Translations under genes and position numbers: made by a program
Shown: positions 45,855-58,270 of the stretch, piece by piece
How the letters are laid out: the number at the start of each line of letters is the position of its first letter
Numbering within the stretch: position 1 is the stretch's first letter
Notes under the pieces: model-generated
Told to the model about the DNA's origin: nothing
The model's input: the letters and a program-made list of their open reading frames with translations, nothing else
Database searches by the model: none
Assembly: GCA_040954595.2 (NCBI GenBank)
Contig: CM082590.2
Span: forward strand, 1,116,001 to 1,180,000
DNA from: Balanoglossus misakiensis
Lineage: Eukaryota; Animalia; Hemichordata
Direction: 5' to 3'
Length of the DNA stretch: 64,000 nucleotides

Positions 45855-48800
45855 TTACCTTAGCATTTTTTCTGCTTCGGGATTTTCTACCAATAAAACA
45901 AGCTTATGAATAGGCCTTTCTAAAATTGTTGCCTTGTCTACTTTCTTACCTTGTCCTTGTTTCGAGAGGTTGGGATCACCCACAAGGATAGTGACTCTGC
46001 GTATCAAACAATCATCATCGCGCAAAGTGTCTATTACTTTGCAAGTCTCCACTGATTTCTCACAGTGTCATCTTCCTTCAGAAGTACAATATCTCCAACT
46101 TCAAGGTTTCTCTTTGTTTCCTGCCACTTCTGTCTGGCCTGTAGATTTTGTAAATATTCCTTACGCCATCTTGTCCAGAACTCGTTCGCAAGATACTGAA
46201 CAGCACGCCATCGTTTCCTGGCATACAGATCTGCTCTGACGAAGTTGCCTGGCGGTGGCAAAATCACATCCGATTTCATAGTCAGCAGCTGATTTGGAGT
46301 AAGAGGCATTGGTCCAGTAGGGTCGTTCAAGTTTTCTGCTGATAAGGGTCGACTATTCACGATCGCCATTGCTTCGTACATCAGAGTACGAAGAGACGAA
46401 GTGTTCAATCTGGATCCCATCTTTTCCAGAATTCCTGCGAGAACGTTTCTGACCGACCGTATTTGACGTTCCCAAACGCCTCCCATATGACTCGAGGAGG
46501 GTGAATTGAAAACAAATTCACACTGTCGTTTGGACAACACATCTTTGATTCTTCCTTCGTCGAGAGCTTGCAATCCAAGCTGAAGCTCATTCCTGGCTCC
46601 TACGAAATTGGATCCCCGATCACAACGCAAGTGTCGTACGGGTCCTCTGATAGCGATGAATGTGCGAAGCGAATTCAGAAATGCATCGGTTGACATTTCT
46701 TCGACAACCTCTATGTGTATGGCTCGAAGCGCTAGGCAAGTGAAAATGACACCATATCGTTTCACATCACTGCGGCGTTCCTTCACGACGAAAGGTCCAA
46801 AGCAGTCCATTCCACAATAGGTAAATGGCGGCGATGGCTCGAGACGATCTTTGGGCAAATCTGCCATTCTCTGTGTGTTGGCCTTGCCTCTGAGTTTCCT
46901 ACACTGAACACACTTGTGTATATACGAAGCGACTGCTGTGTTGCAGTTGATGATCCAGAATCCACACAATCTGAGTTTGTTCACTGTAATACCACGTCCC
47001 TGGTGGGCCACTTGCTCATGACACCATCTGATAAGCAGTGTAGTCACGTGACTCTTTCGAGGTAGAATAATAGGGTGCTTGACATAGTCAGGCATGGAGG
47101 ATCTACTCAGTCTGCCTCCAACTCTGAGTATCTGCTGATCATCTAGGTATGGGTTCAATGGGTACAGGTGACTGTTACGTTTCACCATTGAGGGTTCACT
47201 GTCTTCTGAGGTGTGACATTTCAATGACTCTATTTCTTCTTTGAAAGCTTCCTGTTGGGCCCATGCCACGATGGCCATGGTAGCTTTCTGTCTTGTTTCT
47301 CCGGAAGCGATTTCCTTTCGCTTTCCCTTCCCGGATACATAGCGATACAAGGTGGCGAATGCTCCTACAACCTTGTTCCAATCCGAAAATCGCTCTACAC
47401 GATGTAACATGGATGACGTTGCAGTCAAGGAAGTCATCAATGTTCTGGTATTCTTTACCTCGGGGTCATCTGCTGACACCTGTGCATCTACCCGAGTGGA
47501 CAGAGGAAGCTCTTTGTCCCACAAAAAGGCAGGACCTCTAAACCAATTGGACTTCATCAGTCCATCAACGCCGAGTCCACGAGATGCATGATCTGCAGGG
47601 TTCTCCTCAGTGTGGACATAGCGCCACTGCTCTGGCTGAGATGATTCTTTAATTCTTTGTATGCGATTCGCGACATATATGTGGAAGCGGCGAGCATCAT
47701 TTCCTATGTAGCCGAGTACCACTTTCGAGTCTGTCCAGTAGAAGTTCTCCATCACTGGGTAATCTAACTCTTTGTTCAGTAGATTGCTGACCTGTATAGA
47801 GACAACAGCAGCTTGAAGTTCCAATCGAGGAACAGTAATGGGTTTCAAAGGGGCGACTCTAGCCTTTCCCATCACGAGCGAACAATGAATATTATCTAGA
47901 CTGTCGACTAGCTGATATACGAACACTGCCCATAACCTGTCAGGCTGGCATCCGAGAAGTGGTGAAGCTCAACTTTCTTCACTGGTCCGAAATGTTGCGG
48001 CTTGAAGCACCTTCTTATCTTCAAGTCGTCTAGCTTGGGCAACTCAGCAAGCCATGATTCCCACCTCGGACGTAAATCGTCTGGCAAGGGATCATCCCAA
48101 TCGGTTCCTTTCTTGCACATCTCTTGCAAGATCCGTTTTCCTCGAAGTACGAAAGGTGCGAGAAATCCGAGAGGATCGAAAACAGATGCTACTGCCGAAA
48201 GTATTCCACGGCGAGAAGGCGAGTGCATCTTGACGATAGGCGAAAAATGGAACGAGTCTGACTCAACGCGCCACTCGATTCCAAGTGCTCTTTCGATAGG
48301 TAGCTCACTGAACGACAAATCCAAATCCTTGACGTTCTTGGCACGCTCTGAAATAGGGACAGATTCCATCGTAGTTCTGTCATTCGATATGAACTTGTGC
48401 AGACGTAAATTTCCTTCTGCGCAAAGGTTGCGAACATCCTGTATAAGTTGGACAGCCTCTGATGCCGTCTCGAGACTATGGAGACCATCATCAACATAGA
48501 AATTCTTTGCGACGAAATCTACTGCACTCTTTCCATGTTGTGGGTTGTCTTTGGCCACTTGTCGAAGTCCGTAGTTCGCGCATCCTGGCGAGGACACAGC
48601 GCCGAATAGGTGAACATTCATCCTGTAAGTAACTGGTTCCGAGTCGACATTACCATCTCTCCACCAAAGGAATCGGAGATAGTTTCTGTCATCTTTCTTG
48701 ACTCTGAATCTGTGGAACATTCGCTCGATGTCACACATGACTGCGATGTTCTCTTTGCGAAAACGACAAAGTACACCGATGAGGGAATTTATCTGATCCG

Positions 48801-51800
48801 GTCCATGCAACAAATGATCGTTGAGGCTCGTTCCCTTGAACCTTGCACTACAATCGAACACGACACGAATTTTGTCTGGTTTTTTAGGGTGATACACCCC
48901 ATGGTGTGGAATATACCACATCGATCCATCATGTGTATTCTTGTCGTCGACCAGTTCCGCATCTCCTGACGCGATAATGTCTTCCATTAAGTTTCTGTAG
49001 TCGTTCAGATACTTTGGGTTTGACTTGAAGCGCCTTTTCAAGTACTGAAGTCTCTGCTGCGCTATACATCTGTTGTTTGGGAGCGCTGGTCTATCTTGTC
49101 TGAATGGAAGTGGCATTGTATAGAATCCATCTGGTTCTTTCGAAATACCATTTTCCATGATCTTCAAAAATCGAATGTCGTCCTGAGACATGGCGGTTTC
49201 TTCAACTCTTTGTTCGTTGAAGTCCGATTCGAGAATTCTCACCACGTCCAAAGGGTTGAGAACTTGCTCCTTGGCTGAAGTCTTAAAGGCATAACGAACT
49301 GCCGACGAATGAGACTCTTCCATACGAAGTCTCTGCTGACTGTCTACACCTGGTTGTAGACCGTCTGGTATCACCTTTGTAAGTACTCTATGGGTAAAAC
49401 TGAAGACATCTTCCCTTTCATCTCGATGTGTAAGATGTCCGACGATGCTCCATCGTAAGTCTGTCTCTACTGCGAATGGCTGATTTCCACTGCCTGTGAC
49501 ACAGCTACGAGGTGCTAGGGCTTGGGGACAATCATAACCTATCAACAGACCAACTTCACATTTCTGTTGAGGATGAATACGAGTAGCGATTTCTCTAAGA
49601 TGAGGCCACCCATTGGCCATATCACGAGTGGGTATGTGCGATTTTTCCACTGGTATGTAATCAAGCGAATACGTAGTGGGCAACGGAACTATTTTGTCAC
49701 AGTCAAACCCGCGAACTCTGAGTTTGCGATATTTGTGACAGGCGACAACCTTGTTGCTCGTTGTCATGGTTGTCATACGAAGGTTTGCTGGCTCAGATGC
49801 TGTGTGTAGCTGTTCAGCGACATGATCCAACACGAAAGTAGTATCTGACTGTGTGTCCAACAGCGCGTACACTAGAATCTCTCTGTTCGGTTCTTCGTAT
49901 CCAGAAATCCACACTGGAACGATCATCGACGAAATAGACTTTCCTCGCGGGCAAGTCACACCATAGCAGTCCGCTTTCTTCGTTTCGGGTGTGGTTTCTT
50001 TTCTGTAGTCTCGCACTGGAGACTGAACAGTGCTCATGGTTTCGTTCATGGACGAATTAAATGTCCTCGGCTGAACAATTTTTTCGTCGGAATGCAGACT
50101 GGTGGGATGTTTCCTACTGCATTTTTTACACACGCCACGGGATTTGCAGTTCTTTGAGATGTGCCCCGTGTTAAGACATCCGAAGCAGTAACCGCCCTTT
50201 CGAACAAATTCCTGTCTTTCAGACATAGGCGTGGAAGCGAAGCTATAACATTCCTGTATAGCGTGCCCAGTCTTTTTGCAGAAAACACACGACTGGTTTA
50301 CCGCCCCTGGTTTTGCTGTGGTCGAGAGCGTACGTGCACCTGGGGTGCGCCTCCTGGTGCTGGTCAGAGTTTTCTCCGGGTCTCTGTCCGTTGGTGACCT
50401 TAGCGAGCCGATTGAGGTCAATGGGTCACATGCAATATCTGCCTCCTCCATCATGAAGCAGACAAATCTTTCGAATGGGGGGTATGCATTTGTAGCCTTT
50501 TTTATTTTTGCTACGATCCTGCTCCATCTGTTTACGAGCCAGTCCGGTAACTTCTGGAGCATTTTCCTATTTTCGTGGATATCGTTCAGCACTGCGAGGT
50601 CTGGGATATCCTTCATCGCAATCCGGCATTGTTTCAAGAAGTCTGCGAACTTTCGCAATGCCTTCCCGTCCTTGCCGGGGATTCTCGGCCATCTTTCGAT
50701 TTTTTCTCTAAAGGCCTCTGTTACGGCGAAAGAATTACCGTATCGTTCTTCCAGAATGGTTCTTGCCTCTTCTATGCTCCTTCACTTCGGAGTAAGAAGC
50801 ATCCGGCGACTGCTTCCTTAGCAGGACCACCCAAATACTTCTTCAGGTGATGGATTCTTTCGATTGGTGGGACCCCTCGTGATTCAACTAAGGTAATGAA
50901 AGACGATATCCAATCTGGATAAGAAAGTGGGTCTCCCATGAACATTGGTGGTTCGGGTGTAGCGAGTCTGCTCAAGGACACAGATGTTGCCAAGGCTTCT
51001 GTCAATACCTTGAGGTCTTCTCTGTTCTCCGATGGGTGATATTCATTTGCTGTTGCACGTAGTGTATAATCTTGTGGTTTCGGTTGCGACGTCGACGGCT
51101 TGGTAGTCGGCGGGGTGACTGGTTCTGTTTTTACAGTACGCGCGGGAATATGAGCAGCTGGTGTCGACTGGCTGATCGGTTCAGTCTTCACGACAGGCAA
51201 CTCGCTTGTCACCGGTGGCAACATAGTCTTCGCTAATGGCAGGTTGTCAAGTAGTTCTTCTCTTTCACAAGCAGCTATCTTCGCTTTCTCCACATGCAGT
51301 TCTCCTACCAGTTTCTGTCGTTCTAACACTCTTTTCTTACGACGTATTTCTGCCTCTAAGTGTTCCAATTCCTCTTCATGTGCTGTCTCTTCATGTTTTG
51401 CCTCGATTTCCGCCTGTAGGGCAGCTGCCCTGACAGCAGCGTTTCTCCGTACTGATGACGTACTGGAAGAGCTGGATCGTTTGGATGACCTAGAGCTCGA
51501 CTTTGTGTGATGCGAAGGCACGGATCCGAATGAAACCGAGCTATGAGCATCGGCTCGCGCAATCAGTCGCTGTGCATAATTAATGGCACTATCCACGCGC
51601 AAATCCAAACGATCGACGGCTTTCAATACATCCTCTAAGGGGGTGTCCGACACGGCGCGTATCTGATCATGAATTTCAATAAAAACAGTGCGCTCGCGCT
51701 CTATTTCTTTCAAAATAGTATATATGTTTTCTACAGACTCTTTGTCGAATATGTCAGGGTTTTTCACAAAAGACAACAACCGATTGTGGGTACGCCAGAA

Positions 51801-52001
51801 CTGCTTCTCCAAATCAATTAACTTACCTTCCCTAGCTTTCTCAGTAAGCTTGGGTACTCGTTCTGATCTGCGTAATGTATACACATTTTCATCCATTTCA
51901 GTTTCATGAATCTCTGCTTTTGTTACAATTTGATCTGTTTCATCAGGCTTACCTTGATCATCAGCGGTTGGCACTGATTCCTGTGTGTCCCTTTCGGCCA
52001 T
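45855..52001 (-). CDS. BEL/Pao gag-pol polyprotein (about 2050 aa) interrupted by three 1-nt deletions
   Basis: ATG (MAERD) at 52001. Gag core PMFMGDPLSYPDW; Zn knuckles CVFCKKTGHAIQEC, CFGCLNTGHISKNC, CKKCSRKHPTSLH; protease ALLDTQSD; RT FYVDD; RNase H HFSDAS..WTDS..NPAD; integrase HHCC, DCFGP, CDRGSNF, WER; C-terminal ERPIHKLVLL. Frameshifts near 50772, 47912 and 46040. Confidence 0.95.
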
Positions 52002-52636
52002 AGTTGAACTTGGGTGAACACAACTAGAGAGCTGAAACAATCACTGTGACTATTCAGTGTAGATACAAATTTGGAAATCTAAACCCGAGGGAGTAACTAC
52101 ACAAGCAATTTGATGCCGGGTACTGACAGTGAAAAATTTCAAACACTTTGACAAATACAAAACTGTGTGAGTTTCAACAAAGGAGACTCTTTGTGTCGCA
52201 AAGGCTGATACGAGTGACACTAATGTGCACAATTTGGGGACATTGATAAAACTTAATGTTCAAATCACACATGCACACAAGCCAAATGACAATGAGGAAT
52301 GGTGCTCAGAGTTCAAAGTTAAATATTAATGTTCAAAGTCAATGTTCAATATTCTGTCCTAATTCCGAAGGAGAGTGTCCAGAATGTTCAATCTGCTGCT
52401 TCTGTTAACAGTCGCTGAACATCTTCACTCTTCTCTGCAGTCTTCATGGGTTGATTCAACAGTAGGGTAATAGGCGAATACTGGCTGAACCATGTAACAG
52501 CGCCCTCGACGACGAGTCTTCGGATGAACCGATGACGTCACACACTATGATGTAGGACGACGATTTCACCTCCAGATCGAACAGCAATAAAATCGTTGAA
52601 AGACTTGCGTCCGTTCCGAGTTCTGTTTCGAAGGTC

Positions 52637-52683
52637 CGAGTTCCTACTCGCGCTCGAGTTTTTACTTTCGCCCGAGTTTTTAC
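52637..52683 (-). promoter_or_regulatory. Non-canonical primer-binding region: three copies of GTAAAAACTCG-like motif at 18-bp period
   Basis: Immediately after the 5' LTR CA on the minus strand: GTAAAAACTCGggcgaaa GTAAAAACTCGagcgcga GTAGGAACTCG. No TGG complementary to tRNA CCA. Confidence 0.7.
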
Positions 52684-53582
52684 TGTGACCGCCAAAGCTT
52701 TTCCGTAATATTCAAAAGTCAGAGTCGAGTTTCCATATACGGGTCTTCGGTTTATTATCGATAAATCGATCGAGCGATCGCCGAAAGCGACCGTACGAGA
52801 CTGTACACAATAGTCGAAAGACTTCGAAAGACGAGATGTGCGCAGACCTCGATGCGAATAGGCCAAATAGACCTCGAGAATGACCGAGACTGATTCGAAT
52901 AGACCGAATAAACCGTGGTACGAAAAGACCAAGATCGAATGGTATAGACCGAGTAAACCGTAAACCGTAAAAACTGAAACATAAATACAAATACAAAATG
53001 TCAAATCGAAAGAATTACATATACAAAAATCGAGAATGATTTCAATCGAAAACAGATATGTGCAAGCAACACAGTTCGATGTACGTGACTGATGTACAAG
53101 ATGCAGACAACTCGTCAAAGTCTAATTACAATAAAGTTTCACGAAATACAATTCATATCTGTAAGAATACCGAAAGATATATTACCTCGCTGGCAACTTG
53201 TAAAGCCTTGTGGTCGGGAAGTTTCGAAATACGAACGAAATATCGAAGGGTGCGAAACGAGAGACGAGGGTGTACTTCACCGTCCCATAGCGAAGTCGAA
53301 AACACGAGGTAAAAATGTGTAGTGATATGACAATCGTAGATGGACTACTTGTAAAACTTTTGGGCGAAATATGGTTTGTCGATGTGTTCACAATGACCTT
53401 CAAAGGTACACATAAAGTCACAACATCTTTCTCTGTGAAAATTAAAAGTCTACAACATCGAAACTCGTAACAAAAAGGGAACTATTTTTATGGAGTAAGG
53501 TTTTAAAGCAACAAACTGTTCGTGCATATCCCTCATAATTAAAAATACGAAATTCCTTTGTTTTTGCATGGCTTCAGCCACA
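52684..53582 (-). repeat. 5' LTR of BEL/Pao element (899 bp)
   Basis: Minus strand TGTGGCTG ... GGTCACA; AATAAA near 52751-52756; followed on the plus strand by TSD GTGAG. Confidence 0.96.
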
Positions 53583-53788
53583 GTGAGTTCTGAGCGATCT
53601 TGTTTAGACCTACGTGAAACTTTGCAGTACCAGACGGCAACACACACTGGCGCATGTTGAATCCCACACTCGAATAAACGTTACACAAGAAAGAATATTC
53701 ATTCTGGCGAGTTTTTCACTCGACTTGTATCTACAAGTCTGATGGAAGGGCAGCGAGAGAGAGACTGTGTCCCTTTACAGCAACTATA

Positions 53789-56018
53789 ATGGTTGAATGC
53801 TACCTCGCCAAAATTTTTGGATGTGGTAATTCTGATAAAGAACTGAGTAAAGCTGGTCCTCACCGGATAGAAAAAATTATAGAATCCAGTAAACGCAGAC
53901 ATGATCATTTACACATTGATCTGCAAAATAAACTTGATGCTGATAAATCTTTGACAATACTATGCCATAGAAATTGTTTCTTCATACACCTCATCATACC
54001 ATATCAATCGCCACCTGAAACGCACTGGGACAACAAGTTCGTCCAGTGAGCCCCCACTGAAAATATATACACGTCAATCAGATAGCAGTAAAGTGTTTGA
54101 CTTTCGTGAAACACTGTCTATTCTGTGGTGAAATTTGCGCCATACATGCACACCCACGCAACCCAACTAGATGGCGAAAAGCTTTTCTTTGTAGAACAGC
54201 AGATCGTCCTGGCAAACAGTCATTTAAAGATACGATTTTAGATGTGTGTAAATCTCGTCAACATGAGAGGGCAGAACAAGTAGAAGTGCGACTTCAGGGT
54301 GCAATCAGTGACCTGCATGCTGCAGATGCTCGTTACCATGATGACTGTAGGAAAAACTTCATGGCAATACGTTCTGTTGCATTTGCTTCCAAAGAACCTG
54401 ATGATCAGACAAAGGACTTTGCATTTGAAGCTGTCACAAATGATATGAGATCAGATGTCTGACATGTATGGACCTCTGTGGAGATACAACATTCTTACAT
54501 AGAGCATGGTGGAACTAGTTTGTCTAGAAGCAAGCTTATCAAACAATTACCCGAGGTCTTCAATGAAGAACTTGTGGTATTGTCATCCCCAGGGCTTGCA
54601 AATATTCTCCTGTTTCGCAACAGAGCCTCTGGCTTGTTGAGAATAGAGGAACTTGAAGAGGAAGATACGTCTATTGACATTGTTGCAAAACAGATTGTGA
54701 GAGAATGTAAGGAAGTGTGCCCGGATCAAAATAGGTATAATACCCGAATTAACAAAGCTATCGCTATAGAGGAAGCAAGTTCTACTTTACTTTCTATATT
54801 GTCCAATCTGTCAGAGAAACTCAGTCGCATTCTTCCTGCTATTCTCATAGGAAACATGTTTACAGGTATTCTCAGAAATACACCATCCTCTCTCCAGGTT
54901 GCACTAGGTGTTCAAATTAGAGAAAAACAAAATTGAAAGTTTGTACGACTATGGGGTATCATGTTCGTATGATGAGGTATTGAGGCCTCTGCTGCTGCAG
55001 CAGCTGAAGATGTGAACATCAATCTACAATCAATATCGGATTCGAGTGTAGGGTTGATTCAGGCTGATAATTTTGATGACAATATTTCCTCCCAGAATGG
55101 TCTCCGATCAACACATGCATTAGCATTGCTTGTGACTCAAGAAAAACGAAGTGTTCACAATACAGACAGTAGCAGAGAGACTGTAAAGCACATAAAGAAA
55201 GAAGAAATGCAAAAACAGGTGGTTTCAGACATGGAAGTCAAGCGTTATGAGGGTCCAAAGAAGCCACGCATGACAGTGGGTGACATTAATAAATCTGTAC
55301 TGCCATTGAAGATATTAGCAGAACAAGCAGTAATGTATACTAGAGCAAAGGAGCTAGATTTTGAATTTCTGAAGTCTGTAACTGGAATACCAAGAACTCT
55401 AGAATTTGGAGGTTTTAACACAAGACTAGCACGTGAGCGAGGTCAGAGACTCAAACCAGCAACACAGACAATGTACACCCAACTGATAGACATGGTACCC
55501 TCACATCCAGATACCATGATGACTGCCATGTCTGAGGCTCAGAGACTGACAGTTCAGTGTGGACAAACATACACAGTGTTCACAGCAGATCAGCAACTGC
55601 ACCGTGTAATGGTAAATGTTTTGTTGGTGCATCCACAGTTGTTCCCTAACTTTGTTCCTAGGCTGGGAGGCATGTACATGCTGATGAGCTTTGTAGGATG
55701 CATTGGTGTATTGATGGCAAACAGTGGTCTTGAAGATGTGTTAAAGGCTGCGTTTGGAGGGGTAGCTCGTATGCTTACTGGAAAGAACAGAATGTAAGAG
55801 CCCTGCGTATGGTGTGTGAAGAAGTCTTATGCAATGTCATACAACAAGTTGACAGCTATGATGATCTGCTGTTTCAATTAGAGGGTATATTTTGCAACTG
55901 CTATAGGATGAATAGGCGTCGGAATAGATGGACCCAAGATGTTTCAGAATCAAGTGATGAGGATGATGTGGCAGATGGTGCTGAAGACGATAGTGAAGAA
56001 GACATTATCCTTCACTAG
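53789..56018 (+). pseudogene. Academ transposase, fragmented N-terminal and catalytic part
   Basis: Consecutive ORF fragments with CHRNC, HCLFCG, DLHAADARYHDDC, ADNFD, VFTADQQL, PRLGGM and GLED motifs. Broken by stops and frameshifts; ends in CNC..NRWT plus an acidic tail. Confidence 0.8.
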
Positions 56019-56759
56019 TATTGACCATTCTGATACTGGAGGTTTTTACATTCTAAAGCTTCTACGACAGGGTATTGGACAATCCTTACTGGATTGGATT
56101 CATAATATAAATTAGGAGTTATCTAATTTAAAGCACTTGTTTGTGATTAATGGATTAGAAATGAGTGATGTCTGCTGATTATCTGTCTGGGTAAACTTTA
56201 TTGATACCGTTATGGCTGTTCCATTTACAGCGATTTCTAGTTAGAGTTAGACAATTCGATCTTTGGGGGGACACTTTTTTTGGGGGGGGGAGCGGGTGGC
56301 GGGGTCAGAATTTAAAAAAAATACAAGTTTTAAAGGCATCACCTGTAATAAAAAAGATGCAAAAATGTTGATGTTATACCATTTTCTATAAACAATATTT
56401 GCAATCAAGGTAAGCAGAATTGTTTTTGTCAACTGATCTCCCCCCCCCAAAAAAAAAAACTATCAAATGGTTAAACCCTTACTCTAGACATCACCCAATG
56501 CTAAATATGGATTCACTGGTCCCCAAAACCACAAAAATAGTCAGAAAAAACATACACATAATTCAATTAGTACCAAAATTATGTCTTGTTTCATGGTTGG
56601 TGGCCATCTTGGTGGCCATCTTGGATTTCTCGAAACTCTCAATGGTGCCAAGGTGGCATCATTCAGATTGGGGTTAAGGACATGCTATAGTTGAGTAAAC
56701 TGCAAAAAAAAACAATTGTGCGGGCTGTTTTGGGGGGTTTCGAGGCCTGCCACTGGACT

Positions 56760-57483
56760 AGAAATAAAATACGACTTCTCACCTTCAAAGATATAATTTC
56801 TGCAAAGAAATCTGAGCTATGTTCTGTACTTCCTGCTGTAAATTCATTCACTGGAAGTGATACCACAAGTGCCTTTGTAAGACGTGGTAAAGTGGGACCA
56901 TTAAAAAAAGTTGAGAAATATCCTGAATTTTTGACCACATTTGCAAACCTTGGAACACACAGTGATGTGTCAGATAAAACTGCCAAAGAATTGGAAAAGT
57001 TTGTTTGCTACATGTATGGGAAAGGTCAGTACACTGATATTGACAAACTTCGTTATGATCTTTTCACACAAAAGTATCAAGCAAAATCAAGATATGTATT
57101 GACAAGCTACGATGGCATTGACCTGAGCCTTCTACCACCATGTAGCTAGACTTCTCTTCAGATACATATATATAGAGCTAACTATCAAGCGCTAATTTGG
57201 AACCATGCCCATGTCAACAGTCCTGAGATTCCTAGTCTTTCAGGACATGGGTGGAAACAAGATGAAAGTGGCATTCTATCGTATGAGTGGACACATTTTT
57301 CCACAAGCATTGGTAGACATATTATGCCAGTCTACTCCAGAGGGTGTTTCAGATGACAGTGTAGGGGATGGCATGGCTAATAATGGTGATGATGATAATT
57401 ATGAAGATGGGGAGGGCGAGGTTGAGGTGGCAGACAGCATGATGGACACCGTTTTTGAAGACAGCGATGATGGAGGTAATTGA
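56760..57483 (+). pseudogene. Academ XPG/H3TH-like nuclease C-terminal fragment
   Basis: LPAVNSFTGSDTTSAF..RGK, LEKFVCYMYG, LRYDLF, LLPPC, then HIYRANYQALIW..GHGW and an acidic tail; disrupted by stop and frameshifts. Confidence 0.8.
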
Positions 57484-57706
57484 TGACCTTATTACATTGA
57501 TTTCTTGTGTGCATTATTACCAAAACCACCCAAGTTGTCATCAGTATAACTTGCTCATAAAAGGTATTTTACAAAATCCCTTTTGTGATCTTTAGTAAAA
57601 AGTATGATGCCATAATGACATAACTTGTCATCATAGTCACTAGTTGGTAGCAAAACAATTCCGCAGAGACGGCCAACAGCTCCATTTTCATTATGGTACT
57701 TGGAAG

Positions 57707-58270
57707 TATGACGTAATGATGACGTAATTGATTACCATATCAATTTTTGTAATAATTGGATACTTAATCAGCTTTCTGTTGATACCAAACACATCACAGT
57801 TTTCATCAGTATAATTGCACAGAGACGTGTTTTTCAAAACCTCACATTTATAGGTGAACAGAACATCATTTTCGCAAGGGTATTTTGACTTATGACGTCA
57901 CTATGATGTTATGATTTGTCATACCACGTTTATTTTGTAATTAATGGAAAGCTTGTTTATTAAGCTTTCTTTTGATAACAAATATATCCCAGTTGTTCTA
58001 GGTATACGTTAGGAGAGTCAGTAGTCAGAGTCAGTCTTAGACTAATTTACCCCCTACGTCAATTTATATGTACTTTTAGGGTTTCCTACATAAGTTACAC
58101 ACTATAATTTAGAAACCAATAACTCTAAAACGCCCTGGTGCGTAGATGGCAAACAAAGTGCATTTTACTCAGTACATGATAGGCTTTCAGAAAAACATAT
58201 TGTCTCAAAGATTCCCCCACTGGGGTGGGGGTCAGGTGGGAGAGGTAAACCTATACTGGCTCACAGTCTA
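57707..58270 (-). repeat. Right terminal inverted repeat of Academ element
   Basis: Reverse complement of 42762-43325; ends CACAGTCTA followed by TSD AAT. Confidence 0.93.

Larger units (their letters stand above)
45044..53582 (-). mobile_element. Full-length BEL/Pao LTR retrotransposon
   Basis: Two TG..CA LTRs; 5-bp TSD GTGAG at 45039-45043 and 53583-53587; PPT; gag-pol in PR-RT-RH-IN order with BEL-type motifs. Confidence 0.97.
42762..58270 (+). mobile_element. Academ (XPG-type) DNA transposon, decayed, containing a BEL/Pao insertion
   Basis: Termini TAGACTGTGAGCCAGTATAG ... CTATACTGGCTCACAGTCTA; 3-bp TSD AAT at 42759-42761 and 58271-58273; long TIRs; internal transposase and XPG-like fragments. 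Confidence 0.85.

Noticed and set aside
50760-50780. Programmed gag-pol frameshift or stop readthrough
   Set aside because: The break lies inside the Gag core, lacks a slippery heptamer and is explained by a 1-nt deletion; BEL/Pao usually has a single ORF.
52456-53118. 220-aa ORF and other short ORFs overlapping the BEL LTRs or antisense to pol
   Set aside because: No recognisable motifs, and they cross LTR boundaries or shadow the real frame.
52939-53131. 3' LTR deletion as precise intron loss
   Set aside because: The deleted segment does not begin with GT or end with AG and does not coincide with the predicted 53185-52974 intron.
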